Shown: one piece after another, positions 55,255-64,000 of the stretch
Layout of the letters: every line of letters starts with the position of its first letter
Numbering within the stretch: the first letter of the stretch is position 1
Virus record (IMG/VR): IMGVR_UViG_3300028048_000131
Source: an uncultured virus (IMG/VR IMGVR_UViG_3300028048_000131)
Lineage: Duplodnaviria > Heunggongvirae > Uroviricota > Caudoviricetes
Reading direction: 5' to 3' (one strand)
DNA: 64,000 bases
Position numbers and translations under genes: made by a program
The notes under the pieces: model-generated
What the model saw: only the letters and a program-made list of their open reading frames with translations
The model's database searches: none
What the model was told of the DNA's origin: nothing

Positions 55255-56457
55255 ATGACACCACAAGAAGCCTGTAATTTTCCACTCGATCTAGAGAATC
55301 ATTATGGTTACGTATATTGTGTAACCTTTCCTTCCAGTAAAAAGTATATAGGACAATCCAAGCGTCCCTGGAAATACCGTTGGAAGTGTCACCACTCGGA
55401 TACATCGTTTTGTCCTGCAATGAAAAATGCCTTGCAAAAATATAATACAGAAGAGCTCGTCTGGGAACTTTTGTGTTATGCGGATTCTCCACAAGAATTA
55501 ACGGATAAGGAAACTTATTATATACAAAAACTATCCACACTCGCTCCTGGAGGATACAACATTTCTCTTCCTTGTAAGGCTTATCCATACCCAGAAGAAA
55601 AAGCAGATAGGATCCGGTTAGGTCTTGCTCTACACCATTTACGTAAGACTAATTCTGACGCTACTATAGAAGACGCCAAATATTATATTGCACACAAGGA
55701 CGACAAGCCTCCTAAATTAGAGAAAGGCTCTCCGGAGTGGATAGAGAAGTATAGAATAGCCACAGAAAAAAGAAGAGCTACTATGCAGGCGCGAGGTAAA
55801 AACATGAGTGATATCATGAAAAGGGTAGCTAAAGAAAAACCATCTATGAATCAAGGAATGTGTGTAGCTCTTATAGTATATGAAACAGGCGAGCAGTTCG
55901 AATCCATAGCGGATTTTTGTAATAAATATAACGTTATAAGTTCTTGCGCATCCTTTTGCTTACAGAAGAAGAATAAAGAAATAGGCGGAATGCATATCTA
56001 CCCGGCCTCCTGTACTCAAGAGGAATTGCAAGAGTATATAAAGTTCTGGAATGAGCCTAAAAAAGTTCCTAAAGGTATTCTTACCTGTGTTGAGACAGGC
56101 AAAACTTATAGAACGGCTAAAGAAGCAGCGGACGAGCTCTGTGTACTAAGAAGCAGGATCCACATGGCAACAAGGCGTAATTTACCTGTAAATGGATTTC
56201 ATTTTATATATGCCCCGGCTGTAGGCGTAAATCCTAATGGTGGAAAGTCTGTTAAGTGTCTAGAAACCGGTAAGATCTATACATCCCAAAGGGAGGCAGC
56301 TAGAGATATACTAAAGGTAACAGACGAGGGGAAAGCCAAGGCAGGTGCAGACCAGATAAAGAAAGTTATTGAAGGCTCACGTAAGGACTTCCATGGATAT
56401 CATTTTACTTATGTGGCTACAGGTTCACCCTTAACAATTTCTCAGGAGCTCCTCTAA
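55255..56457 (+). CDS. free-standing GIY-YIG homing endonuclease with NUMOD1-like repeats (no TAG)
   Basis: GYVYC..KKYIGQS..RW..H, ELTDKETYYI, GYNI; three ETG.Y/F repeats. Confidence 0.85.
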   Translation: MTPQEACNFPLDLENHYGYVYCVTFPSSKKYIGQSKRPWKYRWKCHHSDTSFCPAMKNALQKYNTEELVWELLCYADSPQELTDKETYYIQKLSTLAPGGYNISLPCKAYPYPEEKADRIRLGLALHHLRKTNSDATIEDAKYYIAHKDDKPPKLEKGSPEWIEKYRIATEKRRATMQARGKNMSDIMKRVAKEKPSMNQGMCVALIVYETGEQFESIADFCNKYNVISSCASFCLQKKNKEIGGMHIYPASCTQEELQEYIKFWNEPKKVPKGILTCVETGKTYRTAKEAADELCVLRSRIHMATRRNLPVNGFHFIYAPAVGVNPNGGKSVKCLETGKIYTSQREAARDILKVTDEGKAKAGADQIKKVIEGSRKDFHGYHFTYVATGSPLTISQELL

Positions 56458-57017
56458 TGCTCTCCAAAGAAGATCTTCATCAGATGGCACGCATGTGTAG
56501 CTTTCCACAGAGCCCCTTTGTAGTTTTTCTTCGTCGTCTTTCTCATAACCGCAGCAAGAAGTGCATTCAGTATAACAATCGTTGCTATACTGTAATATAC
56601 AATACACACTCTAAACGGGTTACTTTACTTCCTTCAGAAGAACCTCTCATTGGTCCTCCGTCTCCCTTTAAAAAGAGAAGAAGAATAGATCATGACAAGC
56701 ACACAAAGAAGCGCCTCCTTCAGCGCTTTAATATAGAGGCTTCCGACGAAGATCTTAAACAGATGGCTTCTATGTGCTCTACTAAGTACTGCCATATAAA
56801 ACTTCCCTTTAAGTCTGCATCTCAAAAAGAGGGTCGGACCAGAAACCTCATACACTTTAAAGACCGGGATATGCTTGCTGTATATGAACCGGAAAGCGAC
56901 AGTATTATAACTGCTATGCCTACCGAATATATGTTTAAGGAAGAGCGAGAATGGCTGTACTGTTCAAAACGAGTAAGATATAAACAACTGCTGAAACATA
57001 CAAAGGCCCTTCAATGA
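56457..57017 (+). CDS. hypothetical protein with internal repeat (EDLHQMA/EDLKQMA)
   Basis: 186-aa ORF; H..KRLLQRF and IITAM resemble RelE-like/DUF4258 folds. Confidence 0.55.
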   Translation: MLSKEDLHQMARMCSFPQSPFVVFLRRLSHNRSKKCIQYNNRCYTVIYNTHSKRVTLLPSEEPLIGPPSPFKKRRRIDHDKHTKKRLLQRFNIEASDEDLKQMASMCSTKYCHIKLPFKSASQKEGRTRNLIHFKDRDMLAVYEPESDSIITAMPTEYMFKEEREWLYCSKRVRYKQLLKHTKALQ

Positions 57018-57253
57018 TCCTCTCCAAGCTCCTCAAAGCTCTCTCCACGCTGTTTCTACTATTACTTTCCATAGTACTGGCAGGGCTTTCAATCCTAATT
57101 TCTGTTATAATTTTTCTGTATTACCCTATACTGCTCCTGTTTATTACACCCTTCATACCTATGCTTATGTTCTTATGGTATGTAGATAAGCGCTTCACAG
57201 TATTGGAAAAAGAAGAACAACAACTACAAGAACACTTAAAGGAGACAAAATGA
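57014..57253 (+). CDS. small membrane protein
   Basis: long hydrophobic stretch. Confidence 0.6.
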   Translation: MILSKLLKALSTLFLLLLSIVLAGLSILISVIIFLYYPILLLFITPFIPMLMFLWYVDKRFTVLEKEEQQLQEHLKETK

Positions 57254-57564
57254 AACTGCTTAACTGCCCCTTCTGCGGAGCCCGCCCTGTTTATGATGAA
57301 GAGAATCAGACTGTGCACTGCCCTACTGTAGATTGCGCTATCGGGGATTTCTATATAAATCCTGAAGAATGGAATAAAAGGGCCCTAAACAACAAGCTTC
57401 TGCTGAAGTATCTGTTTGATACGCAAACAGTATATATAGGAGCTGAATTCGATCTGGTCCAGGAGCATATATGCCGCTGCTGCGGAAGATCTGGTAAAAA
57501 ATACTCAAAAGTGAATCATAAGAGGGGCTGTGAAGTTAAGAAGCTCCTGGACTTGATATACTAA
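57250..57564 (+). CDS. Lar-like (restriction alleviation) zinc-finger protein
   Basis: LLNCPFCG...C....C...WNKR. Confidence 0.6.
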   Translation: MKLLNCPFCGARPVYDEENQTVHCPTVDCAIGDFYINPEEWNKRALNNKLLLKYLFDTQTVYIGAEFDLVQEHICRCCGRSGKKYSKVNHKRGCEVKKLLDLIY

Positions 57565-57579
57565 AAATTGGAAGCATAC

Positions 57580-58161
57580 ATGAGAGTGTGGAAAGATATA
57601 CCTTCTATACCTGATTATCAAGTAAGTTCTGACGGAAAGGTTAGAAGAAAAGAAAGATATTCTGTTTTTTACGCCAAGAGAATGGGAGGAAGAACAGACA
57701 AAGTATCACTAATAAAAAGACACCAAAAAGCTAAAGAGCTAAGAATACAGTCGTGTTTTGTGTACCCCTCTGTTTCTATTAAAGATAGAATTCGCCAGGT
57801 ACATAGATTGGTAGCTCAAGCATTTATTCCAAACCCATAGAACAAACCTTGTATAAACCATAAAGATGGGAACAAATATAATAGTTGCGTGGAAAACCTA
57901 GAATGGTGTACCTACAGCGAAAATGAATTACACTCACACAGGGTACTAGGTAAGAAAAGTAAGCCTATGACGTAGCAGACAAAGAGAAAGGCCCTGCAAG
58001 TTAGAAAAACGAATTACCTTAGTAGATGTCTGGCACTTTTAGGAGAGAAAGAAACTACTAAGAAAACTAATACGCAGCTTGCTTTATAGCACGGCGTGAG
58101 TCGAAGAACAATACAGCAACAATTAAAAGATGCAAAAGCATCTAGAAAGGAGACAAAATGA
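57580..58161 (+). CDS. NUMOD4-HNH homing endonuclease (3 in-frame TAG)
   Basis: WKDIP..YQVSSDGKVR, VHRLVAQAFIPNP*NKPCINHKDGNK.N..VENLEWCTYSEN; TGA overlaps the next ATG. Confidence 0.85.
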
Positions 58162-58307
58162 GTGAACAAAAAGTTTGCGGAAAACGCACCGAAGTTTACT
58201 CTCGATAACGTATCTGTGGCTACTATCGTCCCGTTACCAACTGGAACCAGGGAAAGCGGGAAGAATTTAAAGATCGTAAGCTCTATAAAGTAAATGCCCC
58301 ATCCTGA
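58158..58307 (+). pseudogene. small NrdD C-terminal (glycyl radical)-like ORF interrupted by a 6-nt insertion containing TAA
   Basis: TEVYS-R-stop-RICGYYRPVTNWNQGKREEFKDR. Confidence 0.65.
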
Positions 58308-58719
58308 TACATTCTAGTACATTCCTAAGCCGGGTAACGGTTATGTGTACCACATAACCTCCGGCAAGAAACATTATATAGGTATCTCCACTACACCCTT
58401 CTCCAGAAGATGGGAACGCCATAAAGCTCCTGACTCAGGCTGTACAAAGCTTGTGAAGGAGCTTAATCGTCTTCGGGCTACAGGCAACTGGGCCCAACTT
58501 AATGTATAGATCCTCAAAGAAGCTCGTAATGCCCAGCTTGACAAGCTGTAGAAGAAGTACATAAAGAAGTATGCTTCTTATAAGAGCATCTACGGAATGA
58601 ACTCCACTCCGGGAGGTAGAGATGTCACTCCTGCCTCTATGCACATGAAAAAGCTCTTCAGGAGAACTAAAAGGAAGATTCAAAAGACCCAGGAAACTTT
58701 TTCCTGGGACCTTATATAA
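58294..58719 (+). CDS. GIY-YIG nuclease (3 in-frame TAG)
   Basis: GYVYHI...HYIGIS...RW.RH...NV*ILKE...LDKL*KKYI...GMNSTPGG; 141 aa ending TAA. Confidence 0.8.
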
Positions 58720-59092
58720 ACTTCTTCAAGTACTCTATGGCCCTTATTATAATATTAGGCTTAGAAGTTCTCTACCACCATGAAGGACCATAAATAAGCT
58801 TCTTGCAATGCTTTTCCACAAAGCAGTCGATACACCTGGTTCCCACCATATTACTCTAAGGAACTCTTTTCTTGCAGACACAACATCTACACTGCTTATT
58901 TTGAAGCTTCTATTTAAGAAGCTGCAGATACTTGTTTATTTCCCCATATACCAGCTATTGATAGTAATAAATAGGCAGCCCTTTGCTGGTTATATCAATA
59001 TGGTCCGGCTAGATCTAAAGAACATGCAGGATACGCCGGATCTTACTCTAGGAGACATTGTAGTGGGCTGCCATTTGAGCCCTGGTTATCAT
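58712..59092 (-). CDS. HTH and Cys-cluster protein (TAG-recoded)
   Basis: ITRAQMAAHYNVS*SKIRR, CCVC..CIDC; TGATG overlap. Confidence 0.65.
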
Positions 59093-59250
59093 CAGAAAAC
59101 AAACTTATGTCCAATTACACAGCCAGCTATAAAAGCAGCTGCAATAGCTAGAATACTTAGACCGAACAGCCAGTAATTGTTTTTATTTATAATATGACGG
59201 CTGTTGATAAGAATTTTCTACAGTTCCTGTAATTTTTCGCTGTCTGTCAT
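59092..59250 (-). CDS. small membrane protein (1 TAG)
   Basis: 52 aa with C-terminal TM. Confidence 0.5.
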
Positions 59251-59258
59251 TTTGTCCC

Positions 59259-59765
59259 TCATGCGTATATCAAGCTCCATCCAGTGGGAGCTTCTGTTAC
59301 ATTCTGATAAGCCATATATCTGGAAAGCTATATGGTATAAATATTGTCGTTGCTGATAGTTAAAGAATCTGTCTATACAGAGTACATGGCCCCATTGTTT
59401 GTTATAAGATCCACAGGGCGTCTCTTATTCTTTGTAGGTGTAAAATAGTACTTGCCCCCGCCGCCATCGACTACATTCACAATAGGCTCTCTGTAAGTAG
59501 CCACCAAGTCATACTGATCTGCAAGCTCCGAGACATCGAGAACATTTATAAGATCTGCTATAGTCAGAATATGTGGCTTGTGCTTTATAAAGGAAGGCAA
59601 AGAACTGTCAGAGATATCCCAATCAGCAACATAGTTCATATAGTAGCGCTGATTAAGATGGTTCCAGTACATCTAACCTGTTTGTGTATTAAGCGCAATA
59701 TACTAGGACAGCCCGTTTGTAAGCATGTCCAATCTCTATGTATTGCCTGTGAAAAATTTAAGCAT
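59259..59765 (-). CDS. hypothetical protein (TAG-recoded)
   Basis: GAGGTG RBS; contains ORF 59373..59672; 168 aa ending TGA. Confidence 0.65.
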
Positions 59766-59796
59766 CAGATCACCTCGTTTACTAAGCTTTACAGGT

Positions 59797-59843
59797 AAAA
59801 AAGACCTCCGGCGAGAACCAAGGAGGCAGATCCTCGCCGGAGG
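59797..59843 (-). terminator. intrinsic terminator
   Basis: CCTCCGGCGAG/CTCGCCGGAGG stem followed by TCTTTTTT on minus strand. Confidence 0.65.
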
Positions 59844-59886
59844 AAGAAAGGAGAAAAGAGTATGAAACTCTAATCAGGAGATTTCG

Positions 59887-60609
59887 TCAAATTCCCAACA
59901 ATGTTCTGAGATCTTCATAGGTCTTACATTTCTTTACAGCTGTTTTAGTAGTTGCTGCAAATTCTTCCGGATGGTTATCGGTCAAATATGCATAGAGCAT
60001 GTTGTAGTCCTTGCTGTTAAGCCATCCCTCTACCTGCTCTTTTTCAGAGGGCTCTTTCTTTTCTGTGAATACAGATACTCCGTCTGCTTTGGGCAGATTA
60101 TTATGAGAGGTAGAAGTGAACACATTAGAAGTCTTTTCTTCAATAGGTTCCGCCTTGCCGTTCTTCAAAGCTACTTCTTTAATGTCGCTTTTAGCAGTCT
60201 CTTCGGTTTTCATTCCCATAGAAGCTGCCATACCTGCAGATTTCCCGGCAATAATAGTGCCTCCGCCAGAACCATTAAGATCCTTTTTCTCAGCTTTTGC
60301 AGGTTCTAGTTTAATCGGCTTTGCCTTTGGGGCTTCTTCCTGTTTTTCGATCTGGATGTTAATAGAGCCCTCCGGGGAGATCTGAATAGTGTTCTCTGAA
60401 GTCACAACCTGTGTATCAATACGCAGAGTGCCTCTCTTTACAGCGTTTTCGCATTCAATTTTATCTGCTCTACTGATAATAGAGAAAAGATCATAGGGGA
60501 GTGTAATAGTTTCTCCTCCTCGAATAGAGATTCTCTTTCCTCTTCCTGCTTTTAAAGTGTACGGGGTTCTGTTAAGATTCGTAATTGCGGTTTTTACACT
60601 GGCTACCAT
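59887..60609 (-). CDS. hypothetical virion-associated protein
   Basis: 240-aa ORF after the capsid gene, AGGAG RBS. Confidence 0.7.
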   Translation of the reverse strand: MVASVKTAITNLNRTPYTLKAGRGKRISIRGGETITLPYDLFSIISRADKIECENAVKRGTLRIDTQVVTSENTIQISPEGSINIQIEKQEEAPKAKPIKLEPAKAEKKDLNGSGGGTIIAGKSAGMAASMGMKTEETAKSDIKEVALKNGKAEPIEEKTSNVFTSTSHNNLPKADGVSVFTEKKEPSEKEQVEGWLNSKDYNMLYAYLTDNHPEEFAATTKTAVKKCKTYEDLRTLLGI

Positions 60610-60658
60610 AAAATACTCCTTTCTGAGTTGTTGTTTATGTAAATGTATATGTACAAGG

Positions 60659-60692
60659 CAAAAAATAAAGCCCGCAGATTTCTCCGCGGGCC
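60659..60692 (-). terminator. intrinsic terminator after major capsid gene
   Basis: GCCCGCGGA/TCTGCGGGC stem then TTTATTTTTT. Confidence 0.7.
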
Positions 60693-60714
60693 TTACTTAC
60701 CGATCAGATATTAA

Positions 60715-61737
60715 TCAGTTGCTTCCGCTTTCGCTATCGGAACCAGCCGGAATGGCATCGGTCCAGTAGGTTGCATTAGCAGCTTCGGCGGGATCTAGGC
60801 TGTAAGTAACCTTGCAGACACCAGCACGGTTGGCGATAACGCCGCCGATGGTTTCATGTGCGAAGAAGGTCAGCTCGATGTTGTCCTTTTCGTCAGTAAC
60901 CATATTAACATCTTCGTAGGTGTAGAACTTGCCGTAGAATTCCGGTTCGGTGAAGATCCACTGATCATAGTAATCACAAACGGTTTCCTTGGAGGTGACG
61001 AGGACATCCAGGCCGTTGAGTTTCTGATAGCGGACGCCATCGAACAGCATATCCTGGGCCATATCGCCGCCGATTGCATCGCGACCGAAGATAGCCATCT
61101 TGTTGTACAGGATTTCGTGCATAATGGACTTCGAGGCTTTCAGTTTGCCTTTGGTCAGAGCCATACCATCCAGACCGTTGGTGAAGCCGAAGCGGTCCCA
61201 GGGCTGATAGATAGCACGACGGACACCAAATTCGGCAATCTGTGCGGACTGATCGTTCCAGTCACCGACGATGGCCTGGTTTTCAGCATGCCAGGTTTCA
61301 TCTTCGACATCCATGATGTCTTTCAGCATCAGGTCGTACAGGATGTCCAGCATCGGCATCTTGTAGCCAGTCAGACGGATTTTGTCGATGTGATATTTCG
61401 GAGTCATGATCCGATTGAATTCACAACGCATTTTACGTCCGTTGAAGGTTGCTCCGGTGGTCGGGGCTTCGAAGGACACCATGCTGGCGCCTTCGGAGTT
61501 GAAGTCCAGTTCAACGATCATGCTCGGCAGATCGGAAACTTCGTTGACATCGAAGTCATCGGCAGTAACTTGTACCGGGGGAAGCAGTTTGCGGTAAACT
61601 GCATTCTCACGAATACGGGTACGGAAATAGGTGGTACCAGGCAGCCCAGCTGTCTTTACCATAGTAGAGTCATTGCTCAGGAGCTTGTCTTTGAATTCCT
61701 GATCAATAGCTTTAATCTGTTCAGAAGTGTAAGCCAT
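60715..61737 (-). CDS. major capsid protein (HK97-like)
   Basis: 340 aa, strongly C-ending codon bias, followed by a terminator; RIRE...RKLLPP, KDIMDVED, FFAHETIG; position after scaffold and decoration genes. Confidence 0.75.
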   Translation of the reverse strand: MAYTSEQIKAIDQEFKDKLLSNDSTMVKTAGLPGTTYFRTRIRENAVYRKLLPPVQVTADDFDVNEVSDLPSMIVELDFNSEGASMVSFEAPTTGATFNGRKMRCEFNRIMTPKYHIDKIRLTGYKMPMLDILYDLMLKDIMDVEDETWHAENQAIVGDWNDQSAQIAEFGVRRAIYQPWDRFGFTNGLDGMALTKGKLKASKSIMHEILYNKMAIFGRDAIGGDMAQDMLFDGVRYQKLNGLDVLVTSKETVCDYYDQWIFTEPEFYGKFYTYEDVNMVTDEKDNIELTFFAHETIGGVIANRAGVCKVTYSLDPAEAANATYWTDAIPAGSDSESGSN

Positions 61738-61791
61738 ATTTCTTATTCCTGTGTTATGGGGCCTTATACAGGCCCCTTTTGTTTACTTAGA

Positions 61792-62379
61792 TCAAGCCTT
61801 GCCCGGGAAGAACACGGTCCAGAAGCAGAGACGATTGTTACCTTCGCCGTTCACATTGAAGGAAGCTTTGGAACGGAAGGGAACCCGACTGACGATACCG
61901 ACGATGGTCTCGTTGCCATAGATGGTCTGAGAACCAGCTGCGGTAACTTTACCGGTATCAGCTGCTTTCAGGGCAGTGTTTACGGTGTAGTCAGCAGCAG
62001 CATCAAATTCGGAGGTTTCCAGTTCAAAACCGCCAGTGGCAACATAAGCCGGGAGACGGCCACCAACCAGAGAAGTAGCCAGGACTTCACCGGTCTTTGC
62101 GCCGACCGCGCCAGTCATCACATCCGGATCGAAGGCGTTCTTGCGGGAGAACATTGCCATCGGATACTTGTTTCCGCTGCCTTTCGGGCATCCCAGTTTG
62201 AATTTGCCTTCGGCGTTCAGGGACACAACGGACCCACGGACGATTTTTGCTGCGCTATCAGAAGCAGCTTCACTCAGAGGCGCAGTAAAGATCAGCTGGT
62301 TGGAGACTTCCAGATCGCCAGCCTTTACATCGCAGTAGTTTTCATACTGCTGATTCACTGTTCTAGTAATTTTAGCCAT
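61792..62379 (-). CDS. putative head decoration protein
   Basis: 195 aa directly upstream of MCP with the same codon bias; GFELETSEF, VGIVS. Confidence 0.6.
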   Translation of the reverse strand: MAKITRTVNQQYENYCDVKAGDLEVSNQLIFTAPLSEAASDSAAKIVRGSVVSLNAEGKFKLGCPKGSGNKYPMAMFSRKNAFDPDVMTGAVGAKTGEVLATSLVGGRLPAYVATGGFELETSEFDAAADYTVNTALKAADTGKVTAAGSQTIYGNETIVGIVSRVPFRSKASFNVNGEGNNRLCFWTVFFPGKA

Positions 62380-62391
62380 TTTTTATTCCTT

Positions 62392-62799
62392 TTAGTTCAA
62401 TGTGAGACCTAGTTCTTTGGCAACTTCTGCATAAGCTCTCTCCCTTTCATTCATGGGAGCTTCGCTTTTTCCGATCAGAGTGCCTCCATCCAGGTTCACA
62501 GATTCAGTCTTTATAAGGGTACTAGCGTCTGCGGCTTTCTTGCAGAGAGCTGTAATCACTCGAAGGGAAGCGTTCGGGTCAGCACCAAGCAGACGCATAG
62601 ATTCATCTGCCTGATCTTCACTAAGGCTTCCCATCTTCACGAGAGCTTCTACAGACTCTTTCAGAAGGACCGGATCAGCAAAGCTAGCCTGCTTCTTAAG
62701 CAGCAGGGAATTCTGAAGGTGAGAGATCTCCTCTTCATATTTCCTACACTGCTCAGTAGCATCCAATGCAATCTGTTTCCAGTCTTCTGCCATGATCAT
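62392..62799 (-). CDS. putative head assembly protein
   Basis: 135-aa helical ORF in head module. Confidence 0.6.
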   Translation of the reverse strand: MIMAEDWKQIALDATEQCRKYEEEISHLQNSLLLKKQASFADPVLLKESVEALVKMGSLSEDQADESMRLLGADPNASLRVITALCKKAADASTLIKTESVNLDGGTLIGKSEAPMNERERAYAEVAKELGLTLN

Positions 62800-64000
62800 G
62801 CCTTCTTGGAAAGAACTTTCATCAGGTTCGCGCCGCGGCGGGTAGAAGCCAGCTTGACAAGAGTCTGCTGACGCGCATCTTTGACAGCTGCATGATAAGC
62901 AGCCTCTTTTCCCATATCTTCAGCAGGAGCTTCTTCCTTAGCAGGCTCTTCAGCAGGTGCTTCTGCCGGAGCTTCCGGAGCAGCTTCTCCACCTTCACCT
63001 TCCATCTCAGCAGCAACAGCCTGAATTACTTCTTCAGGAGAGATGCCCTGCTTGGCAGCTTCATCGAGAATCTGCTGGGCCTGGGCCATGTCTTCTTCGG
63101 AGGGCTCTTCATCGCCTTCGCCGGCTCCCATCAGTTCCTGGGCAGCTGCTTCAAGCAGCACTTCAGGTTCGACACCCATCTGTTCAGCAGCATCAACAAC
63201 ATCGCTGACAGCCTGTGCAATATCATCACCGGAGACCGGCTGACCGAGCATTTCAGAAACCTGAGCAGCTGTTTCATCGAGACCATCCATAAAGGCAGCT
63301 TGTTCCTGTTCGGCACCAGCCAGATCAGAGAGGGCTTCGCCTTCAGCTTCGGCCTGTATTTCGGCGGCAGCTTCCGGATCCTCTGCAACAGCCGCATCAA
63401 GTGCAGCAGCGGCATCTTCCGGGGACATTTCATTTTCAGCTGCAAGGGCATCAATTTCAGCAGCCTGTTTTTCCATCAGCTTATGTTCAACTGCAATATT
63501 GAACAGCGGATTAGTTTCCTGCAGCTTCTGGAAAGAGACCTGGATATCGCTAGCAATTTTAATAAAATCTTCTTCAGATTTAACATCATTCAGAGAAGCA
63601 ATCTTATGCAGAACTTCAGTAGCGGTAGTAACTTCTTCTTCCTTGGCGGAAGCTTCTTTCTTCAGCTGTTCTTCTTTGGCTTTTTCTTCAGCTGCTTTCA
63701 GGGCAGCTTCTTTAGCCATTTCAGACTTTACAACAGATTCGATCCGAGTACGGAAAGCAGCGGATTTGACTACTTCCGCCGGGGTACCGGCAGGGGTTCC
63801 GCACGGGTACATTTTGTCAACAGCAGTACCGGTTTCAGCCAGTACTTTTTCAGCCTTCTTGTCATCATCGCCTTCGATCTTCTTATCAGCGATTTCAACA
63901 GTGCCTTTCAGTTCGGCATCAACAGATTTGTCGGAAGCATAATTGCCCTTAGTGGCAGACTCAGTTTCCTTCTGCATCTGATCGCCAATAGCAGGCTGTG
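62796..64000 (-). CDS. acidic scaffold-like head protein (probably starts outside the window)
   Basis: Very Glu/Ala-rich, frame open to the window edge, repeated K-x-A-[A/S]. Confidence 0.65.
   Translation of the reverse strand, partial: QPAIGDQMQKETESATKGNYASDKSVDAELKGTVEIADKKIEGDDDKKAEKVLAETGTAVDKMYPCGTPAGTPAEVVKSAAFRTRIESVVKSEMAKEAALKAAEEKAKEEQLKKEASAKEEEVTTATEVLHKIASLNDVKSEEDFIKIASDIQVSFQKLQETNPLFNIAVEHKLMEKQAAEIDALAAENEMSPEDAAAALDAAVAEDPEAAAEIQAEAEGEALSDLAGAEQEQAAFMDGLDETAAQVSEMLGQPVSGDDIAQAVSDVVDAAEQMGVEPEVLLEAAAQELMGAGEGDEEPSEEDMAQAQQILDEAAKQGISPEEVIQAVAAEMEGEGGEAAPEAPAEAPAEEPAKEEAPAEDMGKEAAYHAAVKDARQQTLVKLASTRRGANLMKVLSKKA

Noticed and set aside
4077..59765. Standard phage code 15 (TAG=Gln)
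   Set aside because: TAG occupies catalytic and consensus Glu positions, and the tRNA lacks U1-A72 and has Glu-type D-arm features. Disfavoured, though not formally excluded without proteomics.
60856..62412. 518-aa plus-strand ORF
   Set aside because: Antisense shadow of the codon-biased capsid and decoration genes; no recognisable motifs.
1..64000. CRISPR array, rRNA, integrase, release factor or aminoacyl-tRNA synthetase genes
   Set aside because: None recognised in this window; they may lie elsewhere in the genome.

Overview
This window is part of a large tailed (contractile-tail, myovirus-like) bacteriophage genome. It has three parts. (1) A minus-strand DNA replication/recombination arm at about 1-20.9 kb: family A DNA polymerase split by two near-identical group I introns, RecA-like, DnaB-like, SF2 helicase, SbcC/SbcD. 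(2) A plus-strand terminase and a long minus-strand morphogenesis region at about 25-54 kb, plus head genes at 59.9-64 kb. (3) A plus-strand cassette at 54.2-58.7 kb with a YqeY-like protein, a tRNA with a CUA anticodon and several homing endonucleases. The standard-code ORF track falls apart across 21-23 kb and 25-54 kb because TAG is a sense codon there. With TAG read through, long genes reappear, end in TAA/TGA and abut through ATGA/TAATG/TGATG overlaps. The main finding is that TAG appears to encode glutamate, not the glutamine of known TAG-recoded phages (table 15). TAG occupies the catalytic Glu of two GIY-YIG nucleases and many other Glu-consensus positions, and the amber tRNA carries tRNA-Glu rather than tRNA-Gln identity elements. 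Replication genes and abundant head proteins contain no TAG, so the code switch could gate late and low-copy genes. All translations and family calls were made by eye without database searches. In the evidence text, * marks an in-frame TAG.
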